Assembly: GCA_002189035.1 (NCBI GenBank)
Contig: NEEC01000017.1
Coordinates: forward strand, 806,001-870,000
Length of the DNA stretch: 64,000 bases
DNA from: Utricularia gibba
Lineage: Eukaryota > Plantae > Magnoliophyta
Reading direction: 5' to 3'
The notes under the pieces are model-generated. The model did not search any database and had not been told where the DNA came from. It was given only the letters and a program-made list of their open reading frames with translations. A program made the translations under genes and the position numbers. Position 1 is the stretch's first letter. Each line of letters opens with the position of its first letter. This document shows positions 60,272-64,000 of the stretch, one piece after another.

Positions 60272-62934
60272 ACCAGATGACCCATGACTCCTCCATTCTG
60301 AATGTGTGGGGCGCTGCTGCATCCTCCCGGGGAGGCTCGCCCACTGAAGGAAATCTGGAGATTCATTAAGATGTTGCTTTCCTCCTCCTCCTGTGTATCC
60401 TGGGATCTGATCTGCTCTGCTCTGCCTTATAACAACAGCATTCCATCTGTTTCGTTTCTGTGTGGCCTGGTGCTCTCGATGACTGCTCGCATCTCGTCCC
60501 TGTGCCGTTTTTTGTTTACTTTTAAAGCATGTTGCGTTTTTTCCATGCAATTTGATTATACTTTGGATAAGCCTGCTGCCGTGCTCCATTCCACAGCTAA
60601 AAGATGCTGCCTCCATTTCTCGAATTCGTTAGAAGATCATCCCTCCATTTCTCGTCCTTGGCTTTTCCTAACGGCAGCCACCCGAGTTTTAAATGATAAC
60701 CCTCACGATGGTGAGTTTCTCTCGAAGGATGGGGGATTGTAGAGATAATGGCATAGTTTTCTTAAAAAATGAATTTATGAAAATCATCCAATTTTTAGAT
60801 GTTATTTAGATCAAGTATTTATTTTTTTTATTTTACATTTCGTTCCTTTGAGATATTTTATATTGAATGTTTGTCTATTTTATATTTCATTAATTATATT
60901 AAATATCATTTGATCGTTTGGATTATTTAGATACTGCTTATTTGTTCTTTATTTTAAACTTATATTATGTATCATTTAATTATTTAGAATGTTTTGGATT
61001 GAGTACTTGTTATTTATTATAAATTTATATTACATATTGTATAGTTAACTATTAATAGAATTGAATGTCCATTTATTATTTATTTTAAACATGTAATATA
61101 TGTCATTCGATGTTATGGCCGATCTAAATATGTAATATGTATCAAGTATTTGACATCATTGCTTTTGATCCAAATACACTATTTTTTCAAATATAATTTT
61201 ATATACAAGATAAAATTAAGAATATGTTACAAATGATTTCTTATTAAAATATGATGTGATGAAGTTGATGCTTGTTTTTCTAGCAAAGTTTTTTTATTTT
61301 GTATTTATTTGATTCCAACTCTAATGAGAATGAGAGAAAAGATGATTTTATATATGATACCGAATTTCTAGCAATTGCAAAAGATGGTATTTCGCCACAC
61401 ATCATTAAGACATATTTGATCTTTGAAATGCATTTCCTTGCACAAATGCAATTCTTCCTTGAAATAGATATCTGAATTAGTGGATTTGTTATGTAAACGC
61501 ACATTCTCAGCATCAATGCATTGCAGTTTGTTCTAAATCCTCATGTGAAGGAATATTATCATAATTTGATTCCAATATATGTCGTGCGCCATCAACAAAA
61601 GTGGAGCTTTGTATGTATTCTTTATCCTCATTTAATTACGGATCGTCATCATGAATAAGTGAGGTCTAGGATATGTACACAATCATGATTTAATTTTAGA
61701 TACGATATATTATAGTTGTATAATATTTATGGCATGTAACATGTAAATAAATCATAAATTATGATATCAAATAAAAACTAATTTTCAATGGATCCTTAAT
61801 GCCAATTTGGAATAGGCGAACATTTACATTTGTTTTTTTTTAAAGACTCAATCCTCATACCACTTTGGAACGAGTGTGCATTACATTTGCTTTCTTTTTT
61901 TTTTTTTTTTAAGGAATCAAGCTTTACTGTTAGATTAGATCGAAAGGACAATTTCAATAGTTTGTCTTTTTTTAAAAGACTCGATACTTTATACTAGTTT
62001 GGAATGGGTATACATTTTAATTTTTTTTGTTTGTTAAAGAACTCGATCCTTACTACTAATTCGAATCGATGAGCGATATTCACAACCATATAACTCAAAA
62101 TGTTTATAAAAATCCTAATCTTATGGCTGAAACCCATATGATTCTTCAAAATGATTAAAATTATTATACATGTATGATGATGGTATTAAGTGGTGCATGT
62201 TTTAGTTGAAATTAGATGGTATAGGATAGTTAATCAATGACAGTGCAATAGGAGGCCTCAATATTGCTATTAGAAATCCAAAGTATATAAATCCATCTTA
62301 AATTTTGAAGTTACAAAATTCAAAATGTAAGTGAGAGTATTTTGATTTGAAATCTCAATGTAGCAAATGCCATCAAAATTAATATCATAGAATTTTGCAC
62401 CTAAATAAATTGAAAATCAACATTGACACTAAACTTTTCATGGAGATAACATTCAACAAATGAATCAAAGAAATCGTAGATTTCAAAGGTGAGATAAATG
62501 ATTATCACCAAATTTCAAATATAAATAAAAATGTCAAATACAAATTATAATTAAAATAATTTTAAAAAGGGTATGAAGGTAATTACATAATTAGGTAATT
62601 TAAAAGTATTTTTTTTATTTAAGCATTGTTCAATTCATAACCTTCAAGGTCGCACTTTTTGTAAACGGTGCTTATTTATAATTATTACAGCAAGCATCGG
62701 ATGGAATCTGCTCTGCAATCAAATCAAATACAGAAGAGTTCCAGCGAAGTGTGGGGTCCATGAAAATATTATCCGAATTCTGGATGAAGCTGTTCCTAAT
62801 TTCCAGGAGAAATTTTTGAATTGGTTTTTGTTTTTGTTTTTGTTTTGTTTTTTTATTTGTTTTGTCGTTGATTGGGGGAAATCAGTGGATAATTTCAGTT
62901 GTCACTTCGTTGACGGCGGCGGCGGAGAGTTTGG

Positions 62935-63538
62935 ATGGAACCGGGAGAGCCAAATTGGACCTGGAACGAGGACAAGGTGTTCGAAAATTGTTTGTTGGAA
63001 TTTGAAGAGGGCTGTCCCAATCGGTGGGAGAGCATCGCGGAGAGGCTCAGGACGAAATCGCCAGCGGAAGTTGAGCGGCACTATGCCGCATTGTTGAGCG
63101 ACGTGACGGCGATTGATGCAGGGCTGATTGATCTACCCAAGTATCAGGAGAGGGAAGTTCCTGTGCCGCAGGCACGCCAGAAAAACCCCAAGTCCGATAA
63201 GAAGCCGGCGGTTGTGCAGAGAAAAGTTGGGAAGCCGTGGACTGAAGAGGAACATAGGTTAACACGTTTTTTCCTTTATTTCTGCTCCCATCCTCTTTGG
63301 ACTGATCAGCAATGATGGAAAGAACCAACCTTGTTATTCTGTTGTATGATGCAGAAGGTTCCTTCAAGGTCTGGAGAAATACGGAAAGGGAGATTGGAAG
63401 AGCATATCAAGATACGCGGTTCAGACAAGAAATCCGACCCAAGTTGCGAGCCATGCTCAAAAGCATTTCGAGCGTCAAGAAAAGGAGGAGGCGAACAAGA
63501 AAAGGAGAAGCATCTTTGATTGCCCAATTCCTGAATGA
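62935..63538 (+). CDS. Short DIVARICATA/SRM1-like MYB (SANT + SHAQKYF-type MYB)
   Basis: Exon 1 WTWNEDKVFENCL...RWESIA...HYAALLSDVTAIDAG...KPWTEEEHR; exon 2 RFLQGLEKYGKGDWKSISRYAVQTRNPTQVASHAQKHF...RRSIFDCPIPE*. Confidence 0.9.
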
Positions 63539-64000
63539 TGCTCTGTGGCTGCTAAGCTTCCTAACCAATTTTATTCCCTTGATTTCATTGAATTCAGTAA
63601 AGGAATTCTAGTGCACTCTCTGATTTAGTTGTGTATGTTAATATATGTTAATGTTAGATGTTTAATTGATAATGGAAGTTTGATGCCCTTTTCAAGCTGA
63701 TGTTTATCTATATAGAAATTTTATTTCACATTATCATGCTGAATAAAGGGTCTTATTTCTGATAACAGGATAATCGGGCGCCTTTTCAAAATTTTTGTCG
63801 TAGTATTTGTTGCAGTTCACGTATTTTTCTGTAACATATATGGATCTGTATGAAAGTCCACGAAAAGTAGGTGGTCAATGGAAGTCTTTATGATGCCAAA
63901 GGTGTGTGGCAACAAGAAAGCAGTTGATCCAATTCTGTGATATGTGCACAGAAAGCTTGTTCCCCAACTGCCATTGTCTTCTCAAGAAGCAAGCATGTCT

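Noticed and set aside
1-64000. CRISPR arrays, rRNA/tRNA genes, autonomous transposon or viral ORFs
   Set aside because: None seen; the window is euchromatic plant genic DNA with only SSRs and small MITE-like elements.

Overview
Gene-dense nuclear DNA from a flowering plant, probably a eudicot with a compact genome; the species cannot be determined from the sequence. It holds about 18 protein-coding genes, most with spliceosomal introns. In order: bromodomain protein (partial), MAPKKK15-18-type kinase, GDP-L-galactose phosphorylase (GGP/VTC2), PHD+BAH protein, intronless IMP1 peptidase, hnRNP-like RRM protein, FRIGIDA-like, WRKY20-like, serine acetyltransferase, plastid RPS10, ZIP11-like, TIM50, a membrane-anchored cysteine-synthase-like enzyme, DEK, NF-YB, early-nodulin-like protein, the giant HECT ligase UPL1/2 and a DIV-like MYB. 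Elements absent from the ORF track include a non-AUG (ACG) conserved peptide uORF in the GGP leader, a MIR156 hairpin with its own TATA box, an RY motif and a candidate miPEP, and a Tourist-like MITE with TAA target-site duplications. Four unrelated conserved genes (FRL, SAT, NF-YB, UPL1) each carry a single small frameshift, three of them one-base losses in homopolymers. This most plausibly reflects assembly indel error and must be checked before any is called a pseudogene. The most speculative candidates are a splicing-toggled uORF switch in the hnRNP leader, a TIM50/CysK-like bidirectional promoter near an organellar SAT, and an IMP1 retrocopy possibly nested in an antisense transcript. Exon structures and family calls were made by eye; no database search was run.
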